Below are positions 28,649-39,186 of a DNA stretch of 64,000 nt, piece after piece. The stretch comes from an uncultured delta proteobacterium. GTDB taxonomy: Bacteria; Desulfobacterota; Zymogenia; Zymogenales; Zymogenaceae. The DNA lies in NCBI GenBank assembly GCA_963735595.1, contig CAVTLK010000005.1:480001-544000 (forward strand), written 5' to 3'. The translations under genes and the position numbers were made by a program. Each line of letters opens with the position of its first letter. The stretch's first letter is position 1. The notes under the pieces were generated by a model. That model had not been told where the DNA came from. It ran no database searches and saw only the letters and a program-made list of their open reading frames with translations.

Positions 28649-29762
28649 CTTTGTTTTCTCCCTCTGTACGTGACAAAAAATCTTTTTGAAACGCCGCGTA
28701 TCGATCCGCGGCAATCGCCTCTCTAATTGTGCCCATCAGGCACAGGTAATAGGAGAGGTTGTGTATCGTATTGAGCGTCGAAGAGAGGATCTCGTGCGCC
28801 ATGAACAGGTGGCGCAGGTATCCCCGGGAAAAATTGGCGCACGTATAACAGCCGCACGCCTCGTCTATCGGGCTCTCGTCTCTCAGGTAGCGCTCGTTCT
28901 TGATGACGAGCCTGCCCGTGGAGGTAAAGAGCGTCCCGTTTCTCGCGTTCCGGGTCGGCATGACGCAGTCGAACATGTCGGCCCCGAACCCCGAGAGAGT
29001 GACGAGGTCCTCCGGCGTGCCGACCCCCATGATGTACCGGGGTTTGCCGGGGGGGAGCTGTTCGAGCGCGATTTGGGCCATCTCGTACATGAGCCCCTTG
29101 GCCTCCCCCACCGAGAGCCCGCCGACGGCGTACCCGGGGAAATCCATCTCGACCGTCCGCCCGGCGGACGCCCGCCGGAGGTCGGGATACATGCCCCCCT
29201 GCACGATCCCGAAAAGGGCCTGGTCCGTGCGGGTGCGGGCGTCGCGGCAGCGCCGCGCCCACGAAAGCGTCAGCTCCATGGAGGCCCGCGTTTCGTCCCA
29301 TGACGACGGGTAGGAGGTGCATTCGTCCAGACACATGATGATGTCGGCCCCCAGCGCCTCCTGGATCGACACGGCGCCCTCCGGCCTGAGGAAATGGGAA
29401 GAGCCGTCCAGATGCGAGACGAACTTCACGCCATCTTCGGTGAGCTTCCTCAGCGCCCCAAGGCTGTAGATCTGAAACCCGCCGCTGTCGGTCAGGATCG
29501 GCCGGTCCCACCCCATGAAGGAGTGGAGCCCGCCGAGATCCGCCACGACGCGGTACCCCGGCCTCAGATACAGGTGATACGTATTTGAAAGAACAATCTC
29601 GGCGCCGATCTCGGAGAGGTCCCGTGGGCTCATCGCCTTGACCGTCCCCTGGGTGCCGACCGGCATAAACGCCGGTGTATGAAACGTCCCGTGGGGGGTG
29701 AGATACTGCCCCGCCCGGGCCGCGGTGTCGCTGCTGGTGTGCGTTATCGTATACGAGAACAT
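28635..29762 (-). CDS. tgt: tRNA-guanine transglycosylase
   Basis: TPAFMPVGT, NTYHL, TDSGGFQ, GIVQGG, DCVMPTR, CGCYTC. Confidence 0.97.
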   Translation of the reverse strand: MFSYTITHTSSDTAARAGQYLTPHGTFHTPAFMPVGTQGTVKAMSPRDLSEIGAEIVLSNTYHLYLRPGYRVVADLGGLHSFMGWDRPILTDSGGFQIYSLGALRKLTEDGVKFVSHLDGSSHFLRPEGAVSIQEALGADIIMCLDECTSYPSSWDETRASMELTLSWARRCRDARTRTDQALFGIVQGGMYPDLRRASAGRTVEMDFPGYAVGGLSVGEAKGLMYEMAQIALEQLPPGKPRYIMGVGTPEDLVTLSGFGADMFDCVMPTRNARNGTLFTSTGRLVIKNERYLRDESPIDEACGCYTCANFSRGYLRHLFMAHEILSSTLNTIHNLSYYLCLMGTIREAIAADRYAAFQKDFLSRTEGENKDDTD

Positions 29763-29856
29763 CGGCCCCTTTCGTCACAGGTTCGACCGCCGGCCTCGCT
29801 TTCGGGCCGGGCAGCTGTCTGAATGAGAACAGGGGCCTACCCTCCTCATCCCCCGC

Positions 29857-30897
29857 TCACGTGATCAACATCGCGTCGCCGTAGCTGAAGAACCGGTAGC
29901 GTTCCCCCACGGCCTGCCGGTACGCCTCGCGGATGAGCTCGCGTCCCGAAAACGCCGAGACCAGCACCAACAGCGTCGATCTCGGCAGATGGAAGTTGGT
30001 CACGAGCGCGTCCACTGCCCGGAAACGAAATCCGGGCGTGATAAAGAGAGACGTCTCGCCGGGCCCCGGCAAAAGCCGATCCTGTTGCCCCTGCGCCGCC
30101 GCGCCCTCCAGCGCCCGGGTCGTCGTGGTGCCCACGGCGATCACGCGGCCGCCGCGGCCCCTCGTATCGTTGACGGCCTCGGCCGTCCGGGGCGAAATAT
30201 CGTAGCGCTCGGCGTGCATACGGTGGCCCTCGATCTCTTCGGTCCGGATCGGCAGAAACGTGCCGATACCCACGGAGAGCGTCACCGCCGAAAACCTCGC
30301 GCCGGCATCCTCGATCCGCCGCATCATCGCGTCGGTAAAGTGCAGGCCCGCCGTCGGGGCGGCCACCGACCCGGGGTCCCGCGCGTACACGGTCTGGTAG
30401 CGGTCCCGGTCGGACGCGGGGTCGTCTCCCGCGCTGCGCTTGATATAGGGCGGCAGCGGGGGTCTGCCCCACGTGTCCAGATAATCAAAGAGCCCATCGG
30501 GAAAGCGGGCGGCGATGCGCCACGGCCCGCCATCACCCTTTTCCCGGCCCATGATCCGGGCCTCTATCTCCCCCGGCAGCACGATCGTCGTTTCCGGCTT
30601 TATGCCCCTGCCGGAGATCAGGCAGGTGGCGCCGGCCTGGTCCTCGTCCAGAAACAGGATCGAGAGCCTGCCACCGGTCGTCTTTTTCGCCTCTACCCGC
30701 GCGGGTATCACCTTCGTGTCGTTGACGACCAGGAGATCGCCGGGACGGATATAGGAGACAAGATCCCTAAACGCGCGGTGCTCAATCGTCCGGCGGCCCC
30801 GGTTCAATACCATGAGCCGGGAGTCTCCCCTCGTTTCCGGGGGGCGCTGGGCGATCAGATCCTCCGGCAGGTCGTAGTCGAAATCGGAGAGATTCAC
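29857..30897 (-). CDS. queA: SAM:tRNA ribosyltransferase-isomerase
   Basis: FDYDLPEDLIAQ, PLPPYI, AAPTAGLHF, TNFHLP, YRFFSYGDAM. Confidence 0.97.
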   Translation of the reverse strand: MNLSDFDYDLPEDLIAQRPPETRGDSRLMVLNRGRRTIEHRAFRDLVSYIRPGDLLVVNDTKVIPARVEAKKTTGGRLSILFLDEDQAGATCLISGRGIKPETTIVLPGEIEARIMGREKGDGGPWRIAARFPDGLFDYLDTWGRPPLPPYIKRSAGDDPASDRDRYQTVYARDPGSVAAPTAGLHFTDAMMRRIEDAGARFSAVTLSVGIGTFLPIRTEEIEGHRMHAERYDISPRTAEAVNDTRGRGGRVIAVGTTTTRALEGAAAQGQQDRLLPGPGETSLFITPGFRFRAVDALVTNFHLPRSTLLVLVSAFSGRELIREAYRQAVGERYRFFSYGDAMLIT

Positions 30898-31005
30898 GGC
30901 TCCGCCGGGCCGTTGCCCGCCCCTGAAGGGATCAAAGGGAATTTCACTCCTCTCCCGCTCTTCTGCATCCCCGCGCCGGAAAAAAAGGGAATTGCCAAAT
31001 TCTGT

Positions 31006-31035
31006 ATTTTAAACAGTTTTATGAACTATTGTCAA
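31006..31035 (-). promoter_or_regulatory. Putative promoter of queA-tgt-yajC-secDF operon
   Basis: TTGACA-18 bp-TAAAAT. Confidence 0.5.
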
Positions 31036-31039
31036 GAAA

Positions 31040-31252
31040 TTAGTGGAGAAGGCCCGTGAGGACGCGGGCGCCGACGTAGACGAGGATAAGCCCGGCCAGG
31101 AGCGCCGTAAACCCCACGGCCCGCAGCACGCGGTCGGGGATGGTGGCGATCAGGGCCGTGAAGCGCTTGACGGCCTGGGGCGAGGCGGCGTAGGGAATCC
31201 CCTCGATGATGAAGACGAACCCGAGGGCGACGACGAGGACGGTAAGGTCCAT
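31040..31252 (-). CDS. DUF2065 (YjeT-like) small membrane protein
   Basis: ALGFVFIIEGIPY..P...LRAVG pattern, 70 aa. Confidence 0.8.
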   Translation of the reverse strand: MDLTVLVVALGFVFIIEGIPYAASPQAVKRFTALIATIPDRVLRAVGFTALLAGLILVYVGARVLTGLLH

Positions 31253-31542
31253 GGGCGTTTTGGTTCCTGTATGGATTACTGTTTGTATCTGCTCTATCGT
31301 AGGCGTCGGGGGGGACGGTTGTCAAGGGAAAAAGGTGGAGAGGACTAAGGGGCGCTGTAATTGATTACAGGGAATTTCGATAAACCGCAAGAATAGTAAT
31401 TAAGTATAGAACCCTCCAGATTAGGCCGTTAAGCCGCCGCATACCCCCCCTAATTAACCCCCCTTTACATATGTTCATACAAGATGTACTAAAATAGAAT
31501 AGTAATAAATTATTAACACCTTTTTTATTAAAGGAGACGGAT

Positions 31543-32229
31543 ATGACCCTGACCGCCGTTTCTGCCCCTCCGCAATTTGTTGATGCCTTTGCCGCCATGG
31601 AATTGAGAATCAAGGCCTTCTTCTCAGAAGTCACTATGATGCCCGAAATGGGAAAGATGGAGATCGGCGGGATGAGGTTCCGCTATTCCCAGAGCGAGGG
31701 ACTGGCGACCGCCTTCAGGGAGACGCTCACCGGCGTATACGGCGAAAAGGGGGCGGAGCAGATCCTCTATAAGCTGGGTAAATCCCTCGGCGCCGTCGAG
31801 GGCACGACGTTCCACAAACGGTTCGGGCTTACCGAGCCCCTCGAGAAGCTTGCGGCCGGCCCCGTCTATTTCGCCTATTCGGGATGGGCTTTCGTGGAGA
31901 TACTGCCGTCCAGCGCGCCAAGACCGGACGAAGACTACATCCTGACCTATAACCACCCGAATTCCTTCGAGGCCGATGCGTATATAAATAACGGGATGAA
32001 GGCCGATCACCCGATCTGCTGGATAAACGCCGGCTATTCGGCGGGGTGGTGCTCTTCGAGCTTCGATATCCCGCTGGAGGCCCGTGAAATCACCTGCACG
32101 GCGATGGGCGCCCCCGCGTGCACGTTCATCATGACCCACCGCAACAAGATCATCGAGCGGGTGGACCGGTTCCGTGAGCTGCTGATGACCAAGCGTCCCG
32201 AGGAGGTAACGACGGAGGAGCTGTTATAG
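31543..32229 (+). CDS. Stand-alone V4R (XylR/DmpR sensor-like) domain protein
   Basis: GPVYFAYSGW, NSFEA, PICWINAGYSAGW, EITCTAMGAPACTF; AAGGAG RBS. Confidence 0.8.
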   Translation: MTLTAVSAPPQFVDAFAAMELRIKAFFSEVTMMPEMGKMEIGGMRFRYSQSEGLATAFRETLTGVYGEKGAEQILYKLGKSLGAVEGTTFHKRFGLTEPLEKLAAGPVYFAYSGWAFVEILPSSAPRPDEDYILTYNHPNSFEADAYINNGMKADHPICWINAGYSAGWCSSSFDIPLEAREITCTAMGAPACTFIMTHRNKIIERVDRFRELLMTKRPEEVTTEELL

Positions 32230-32257
32230 TACGGCAGCTCTTTTGCGATTGGAATGA

Positions 32258-32285
32258 AAACGCGGGAGTATAAACTCCCGCGTTT
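32258..32285 (+). terminator. 12-bp perfect hairpin downstream of V4R gene
   Basis: AAACGCGGGAGT-ATAA-ACTCCCGCGTTT. Confidence 0.6.
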
Positions 32286-32324
32286 GATTTATAAGAACCC
32301 CTTTTCTATACTAACTCTATTCCT

Positions 32325-32446
32325 GTCATTGCGAGGAGGCTGTAAGGCCGACGAGGCAATCCCGGACGCGGTAGCTACCAATAATCACGTTAGTATACAG
32401 AACAGTGTCCGAGATCGCCACGCCCCCTTCGGGGGCTCGCGATGAC
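32325..32446. repeat. Complete GTCATTGCGAG...CTCGCGATGAC REPIN-like doublet
   Basis: Left arm matches 9036-9072; right arm matches 8075-8106. Confidence 0.8.
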
Positions 32447-32457
32447 AATCCTTTTGG

Positions 32458-32551
32458 ATTAAGGGGACACCAGACTTAATAGCACTTCCGCAGTTTATTT
32501 TAAATTATAGGTAATTAAGTATAGTGTCCCCTTAATTCCGTCCCTTTAATT
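32458..32551. repeat. MITE-like element with 23-bp imperfect inverted repeats
   Basis: ATTAAGGGGACACCAGACTTAAT (32458-32480) / ATTAAGTATAGTGTCCCCTTAAT (32514-32536), plus a partial extra end GTCCCTTTAATT. Confidence 0.65.
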
Positions 32552-32712
32552 CACCCGCAGTTGATTGACCAATCATTCACATTTTTCTTGACAAGCAGGT
32601 TTCCCTTTGATACAAACGGCGTATAATCTGCCAGTTTACGTAATGTGGCAGAGTAAAGCAGATTATCGCAGATTATCATCGACCGAAAGACAGGGCAGCC
32701 AGGGGTAAAATA

Positions 32713-33186
32713 ATGGCCGTCAGGAAAAACAACGCGAATTCCCTTACAAACGGCTCGGTAAAGGCCGACAGGGCGATTGCCTCGTCCGGCTCCGGCTCGG
32801 GCCTGCCCCTCATGAACATCAGCGACCTCGCCAAGAGGCTCGATATCTCCCCCCGCACCATCCGCTACTACGAAGAGATCGGCCTGCTCGATTCCATCAA
32901 GCGCACGGTGGGGGGGAAGCGCGTCTTTGCCGACAATGACCTGCGCCGCATCCGGTTCATCCAGAAGCTCAAGATACTGGGGCTGACGCTGGCCGAGATG
33001 CAGGAGCTCAACGCGATCTACGAGACCCACCGCAAAAACTCCAAGGTATTCCCCCGCATCATAGAGCTGTTTGACAGCCACAAGAAATCGATCGACCACC
33101 GGATAGAAGAGCTCAAGCTCCTCAAGACCGAGATCGAGGAGTTCCAGAAGCGGATGCGGGATAAGCTCAAGAAGGAGCAGGAGTAG
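32713..33186 (+). CDS. MerR-family transcriptional regulator (LiuR-like)
   Basis: ISDLAKRLDISPRTIRYYEEIGLL HTH, GLTLAEM, coiled coil; no metal-binding Cys. Confidence 0.9.
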   Translation: MAVRKNNANSLTNGSVKADRAIASSGSGSGLPLMNISDLAKRLDISPRTIRYYEEIGLLDSIKRTVGGKRVFADNDLRRIRFIQKLKILGLTLAEMQELNAIYETHRKNSKVFPRIIELFDSHKKSIDHRIEELKLLKTEIEEFQKRMRDKLKKEQE

Positions 33187-33216
33187 GGGACGGGGACAGA
33201 TACACGTCGATCCGGG

Positions 33217-33297
33217 GTGCCACTGACAAGCTACGCTTGTCAGTGATATGGGGTTTTAGGGGGATCAACACGGACAACCTGTGGTTGTCCGTGGCAC
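33217..33297. repeat. REP-like inverted doublet (GTGCCAC...GTGGCAC)
   Basis: GTGCCACTGACAAGC-TAC-GCTTGTCAGTG and CACGGACAACC-TGT-GGTTGTCCGTGGCAC in opposite orientation. Confidence 0.7.
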
Positions 33298-33316
33298 TCA
33301 GCACAAGGCGGCTACC

Positions 33317-33862
33317 GTGGCAGACGAAGAAAAGAAAAGCCAGCGCGGCCTCGTCCAGGTATACACCGGAAACGGCAAGGGGAAGACCACGGCGGCCCTC
33401 GGCCTGGCGCTGAGGGCGGCGGGCCACGGCAAGAAGACCGTCGTCATCCAGTTCATGAAGGGCGAGATCTATTACGGCGAGCTGGGGGCGGCAAAGATGC
33501 TCGCCCCGTATCTCGAAATCATCCAGATGGGCCGGCCCGATTTCGTGAACAAGAGCGACCCCGACCCCAAGGACGTGCGGTTGGCGCGGGAGGCCCTGGA
33601 TCTGGCAAAGGAGATCGTTGCCGGCAGGCGGTACGACATCGTGGTGCTGGACGAGATCAACGTGGCGCTGGACTTCGGGCTGGTCGATCTTGCCGACGTG
33701 ATCGCGCTGATCGATGCGCGGCCACCCGAGACGGAATTGATACTTACCGGCAGGTACGCGAAGAAGGAGATCATCGACCGTGCGGACCTCGTCACCGAGA
33801 TGCGGGAGGTCAAACACCCGTACAATGCCGGTGTTGAGGCACGGCCGGGAATAGAACGGTAG
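33317..33862 (+). CDS. cobO: Cob(I)alamin adenosyltransferase (CobA/CobO/BtuR)
   Basis: YTGNGKGKTTAALG, IQFMKG, VLDE, LTGR, ADLVTEMREVKHPY. Confidence 0.93.
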   Translation: MADEEKKSQRGLVQVYTGNGKGKTTAALGLALRAAGHGKKTVVIQFMKGEIYYGELGAAKMLAPYLEIIQMGRPDFVNKSDPDPKDVRLAREALDLAKEIVAGRRYDIVVLDEINVALDFGLVDLADVIALIDARPPETELILTGRYAKKEIIDRADLVTEMREVKHPYNAGVEARPGIER

Positions 33863-33904
33863 ACGACATTAAAGTAAATGCAATATCCTCCCGTGGAGGC
33901 GTGT

Positions 33905-35581
<1,677 letters not shown>

Positions 35582-35619
35582 ACCATACTACATAAACGAT
35601 ATCTATAGAGACACAACCC

Positions 35620-36024
35620 ATGACCAAAGGACGAAGAATCAGGATACTCCTCGGCAAGCCGGGGCTGGACGGCCACGACCGCGGGATCAAGGTCGTCGCG
35701 CGGGCACTGAGGGACGCCGGCATAGAAGTCATCTATACGGGGCTTCACCAGACGCCGGAGATGATCGCGGCGGCGGCCATCCAGGAAGACGTAGACGCCG
35801 TGGGGCTCTCGGTCCTCTCGGGGGCGCACAACCACCTCTTTAAAAAGGTCATCGAGCTCCTGAAGAAAGAGGGGGCCGACGACATCGCCGTATTCGGCGG
35901 GGGCATCATCCCCGACAAGGACATCACGGCGCTCAAGGCCGCGGGCGTCGGCGAGATATTCCTGCCGGGCGACAGCACCGACCGGATCATCGAGTGGATA
36001 CGGGGCAATATCAACCCCCGGTAA
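35620..36024 (+). CDS. Acyl-CoA mutase small B12-binding subunit
   Basis: [23 protein letters not shown]. Confidence 0.93.
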   Translation: MTKGRRIRILLGKPGLDGHDRGIKVVARALRDAGIEVIYTGLHQTPEMIAAAAIQEDVDAVGLSVLSGAHNHLFKKVIELLKKEGADDIAVFGGGIIPDKDITALKAAGVGEIFLPGDSTDRIIEWIRGNINPR

Positions 36025-36158
36025 CCCCCACGAGGATACGAGGATATGAGTATATGCTGGCCGCCGGAAGCGGCGACAAACGGGGGAGCCCGAGAAAATC
36101 GTTTTTTTCGTCATATTAGAGTCACTGATTTAGAGATAACCAGACAAGGAGGATTTCT

Positions 36159-37370
36159 ATGAGCGACAGAAGGGTTTACGTCCTCGGGGGCGGCATCTCG
36201 AAGATGGCCGCCGAGCGCCCGGACGGCAATATTCGCGACTGGGTCGTGGAAGCGGTCATGGAGGCCGTGGTGGACGCCGGTGTTGATATCGCCGATATCG
36301 ACCATGCCACGACATCGTACTTCTCCGACCACTTCGACAAGCAGCTGAAACAGGGTGCTATCTTCCACGACTGCGTGGGGATGTGCCCCAAGCCCAACGT
36401 GCGCGTTGAGGGCGGCGGCGGAACCGGGGGGCTTGCCATCCGAAACGCCTACGCCTACATCAAGTCAGGCCTTTGCGACTCGATGATCGTCTATGGCACC
36501 GAAAACATGGGCCGCCATGTCCCCTCGGACGTGGCCCAGCAGTTCATCGCGCTGGCCTCCGACACCGACTGGGAGGTCCAGGTGGCCGGCTTCTATGTCG
36601 CCTACTATGCCATGATGATGCGGGCGCACATGGATATGTACGGGACTAAGGAAGAGCAGTTTGCGCGGGTATCCGTCAAGAACCACCGCAACGCCATCTA
36701 CAACGAGTACGCCCAGAGCCCCATGCGGATCACCGTAGACGACGTTATGAATTCAACCCTCATCACCTCGCCCTACAAGGTGCTGGACAACTGCCTCCTT
36801 TCCGACGGTGCGTCATGCCTGATCTTCGCGACCGAGGAGTGGGCCAAGGCCCATTCGACCTCGTGGCACCGCAAGCCGCGCATCGAGGTGGCGGGCACCG
36901 GCTGCGGGACGGACACGATGCGGCTGGCCGACCGGCCGTCCCCCTATCCCGGCATCGCCCACTTCCGGTCAAAACGCTTTGCCTCCCAGCAGGCCTACGC
37001 GATGGCCGGCATCAAGAACCCCGCCAAGGAACTGGACTGCTTCGAGGTGCACGACGCCTATTCCGGCGTGGAGATGGTCAGCTGCGAAGACCTCGGCCTC
37101 TGCGGCCTGGGACAATCCGGCAAGCTCTACGAGGAAGGCTACTTCGACCTGGGCGGTGAGCTCCCGGTCAACACCTCCGGCGGCCTCATCGGCATGGGCC
37201 ATCCCGTCGGCGCCACCGGCATCAACCAGGGTATCGAGGTGATGAAACAGCTCCGGCAGGAGGTCCATCCCCAGCGCCAGGCCAAGATCATCAATGGGCA
37301 GGGCGGTATGGACTCCCACGGCGGAACCGGAACCTTCGTGGCCATCAACATCTTCCGGCGCGTGGACTAA
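36159..37370 (+). CDS. SCP2/archaeal-type thiolase-fold protein lacking the nucleophilic Cys
   Basis: RVEGGGGTGG in place of E.ACASG; KNH.NA..N..AQ, SDGA, EVHDAY, NTSGGLIGMGHPVGATG. Confidence 0.85.
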   Translation: MSDRRVYVLGGGISKMAAERPDGNIRDWVVEAVMEAVVDAGVDIADIDHATTSYFSDHFDKQLKQGAIFHDCVGMCPKPNVRVEGGGGTGGLAIRNAYAYIKSGLCDSMIVYGTENMGRHVPSDVAQQFIALASDTDWEVQVAGFYVAYYAMMMRAHMDMYGTKEEQFARVSVKNHRNAIYNEYAQSPMRITVDDVMNSTLITSPYKVLDNCLLSDGASCLIFATEEWAKAHSTSWHRKPRIEVAGTGCGTDTMRLADRPSPYPGIAHFRSKRFASQQAYAMAGIKNPAKELDCFEVHDAYSGVEMVSCEDLGLCGLGQSGKLYEEGYFDLGGELPVNTSGGLIGMGHPVGATGINQGIEVMKQLRQEVHPQRQAKIINGQGGMDSHGGTGTFVAINIFRRVD

Positions 37371-37388
37371 GAGAAAGGAGAAACAATC

Positions 37389-38018
37389 ATGGCAAAAAGT
37401 GTATTCGACGATCCTCAGAAGACGTTATATCCCAAGCTCCCGAAGATAAACGACCTGGCGCCGGGCAAGGACCGGGGCCTTGTCTCCACGAAGCTCCACG
37501 TCTTCAAGGCCGACGATCCCATCGGACCCAAGCTCCACTGGGATCCAATCCACCGGCCCGACCAGGACCCGTGGAAGGACTTCCGGGAGATCATGCGTGT
37601 CGAGTGGAAGATGGAGATCACCTATCGCCACTCCCTCGGCAAATACTCCAAGTTCTTCATCGAGCTTGAAAATAAGAAATTCTTCGCCACCGAGTGCCCG
37701 AAATGCGGCTTCGTCTACGCGATCCCGCGGCCGGTCTGCCCCGACTGCCTGGTAATCACCACGTGGAAGGAGCTGCCCGGCACGGGGACGCTTGCCAGCT
37801 ACTCGATTTCGGAATTCGTGCCGGCCTTCATGAAGGTCGAGCTTCCCTACGTGCTGACGATGGTCAAGCTGGACGGGGCCGATTCTCTGTTTACCCACCA
37901 GCTCAGGAACTGGGGCACGGACCGGACCAAGATCAAGACCGGGATGCCGGTGAAGGTCGCCTATTCCAAGGAACCGGTGGGCCATCCGATGCTGCTGATG
38001 TGGTTTGAGCCGGCCTAA
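37389..38018 (+). CDS. DUF35 Zn-ribbon/OB-fold protein with N-terminal extension
   Basis: CPKCG..PRPVCPDC, GTLASYS, PYVLTMVKLDGA, IKTGMPV. Confidence 0.88.
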   Translation: MAKSVFDDPQKTLYPKLPKINDLAPGKDRGLVSTKLHVFKADDPIGPKLHWDPIHRPDQDPWKDFREIMRVEWKMEITYRHSLGKYSKFFIELENKKFFATECPKCGFVYAIPRPVCPDCLVITTWKELPGTGTLASYSISEFVPAFMKVELPYVLTMVKLDGADSLFTHQLRNWGTDRTKIKTGMPVKVAYSKEPVGHPMLLMWFEPA

Positions 38019-38034
38019 TTAGTGTGAGGACAGC

Positions 38035-39186
38035 ATGTTAAACTATGACCTGACCGAAGAGCAGAACATCCTGCGCAAGACCGTTCGCGATTTCGCCGAG
38101 AAGGTCATCAAGCCCAGGGCCGAAGAGCTCGACGAAAAGGCCGAATTTTCCGTCGATATTACCAGACAGATGGGCGAGCTCGGGCTTTTCGGCATGTTCG
38201 TCTCTGAGGAGTACGGGGGGTCTCACGTCGGTTATGTCTCCTACATCATCGCGGTGGAGGAGATTGCCCGGGTGGACGGCTCCCAGGCGGCGACGGTGGC
38301 GGCGGCAAATTCGCTCGGCATCGGGCCGATCTACTACTTCGGCAGCAAGAAGCAGAAGGACCAGTGGCTTCCGCGGCTCTGCTCCGGCGAGATACTCGCT
38401 TCGTTTGGACTGACCGAGCCCAACGCGGGGTCGGACGCCGGCGCCAGCAAGACGGCGGCGGTGCTCAAGGACGGCCACTGGATCATCAACGGATCAAAGA
38501 TCTTCATCACCAACTCGACCTCCCCGATGGCCGGGGTCTGCACCGTTCAAACCGTCAGCGGGACCCGTCCGGACGGCAAGAAAGAGGTATCCTGCATACT
38601 GGTTCCGTCCGACACGCCGGGATTCAAGAAAGTCCACATGACCAAGAAGATGATGTGGCGCGCCTCTGATACCGGCGAGCTCTATTTCGACGACGTGAAG
38701 GTGCCGGAGGAAAACCTGCTGGGTAAACGGGGCGAAGGGTTTCACCAGATGCTTGAGACGCTGGACGGCGGCAGACTCTCTATCGCCGCAATGGGGCTGG
38801 GGGGTGCGCAGGGCGCCTTCGAAGAGGCGCTCAGGTACGCCAAGGAGCGCGAGCAGTTCGGCAAACCCATCGGCAAGTTCCAGGCAAACGCCTTCAAGCT
38901 GGCCGACATGGCCATGGAGATTGAGGCGGCACGGAACCTCCTCTACAAGGCCTGCTGGCTCAGGGAACAGGGAAAGCCCTTCGGGCAGGTGGCGGCGATG
39001 GCCAAGCTCTACTGCAGCGAGGTCATGTCGCGGACGGTCAACCAGGCCGTCCAGATCCACGGCGGCTACGGGCTCATGAAGGAGTATCCGGTGGAGCGTT
39101 TCTACCGTGATCAGAAGCTGCTTGAGATAGGAGAGGGAACCAGCGAGGTGCAGCGCATCGTTATATCGAGGAACCTTGGTCTCTAA
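38035..39186 (+). CDS. Acyl-CoA dehydrogenase (short/branched-chain type)
   Basis: LTEPNAGSDA, NGSKIFITN, REQFGKPI, QIHGGYG, IGEGTSEVQR. Confidence 0.95.
   Translation: MLNYDLTEEQNILRKTVRDFAEKVIKPRAEELDEKAEFSVDITRQMGELGLFGMFVSEEYGGSHVGYVSYIIAVEEIARVDGSQAATVAAANSLGIGPIYYFGSKKQKDQWLPRLCSGEILASFGLTEPNAGSDAGASKTAAVLKDGHWIINGSKIFITNSTSPMAGVCTVQTVSGTRPDGKKEVSCILVPSDTPGFKKVHMTKKMMWRASDTGELYFDDVKVPEENLLGKRGEGFHQMLETLDGGRLSIAAMGLGGAQGAFEEALRYAKEREQFGKPIGKFQANAFKLADMAMEIEAARNLLYKACWLREQGKPFGQVAAMAKLYCSEVMSRTVNQAVQIHGGYGLMKEYPVERFYRDQKLLEIGEGTSEVQRIVISRNLGL

Noticed and set aside
33187..33316. Cobalamin riboswitch upstream of cobO/mutase
   Set aside because: Only a GCCACTG word matches; it belongs to a REP-like doublet and the other conserved riboswitch elements are absent
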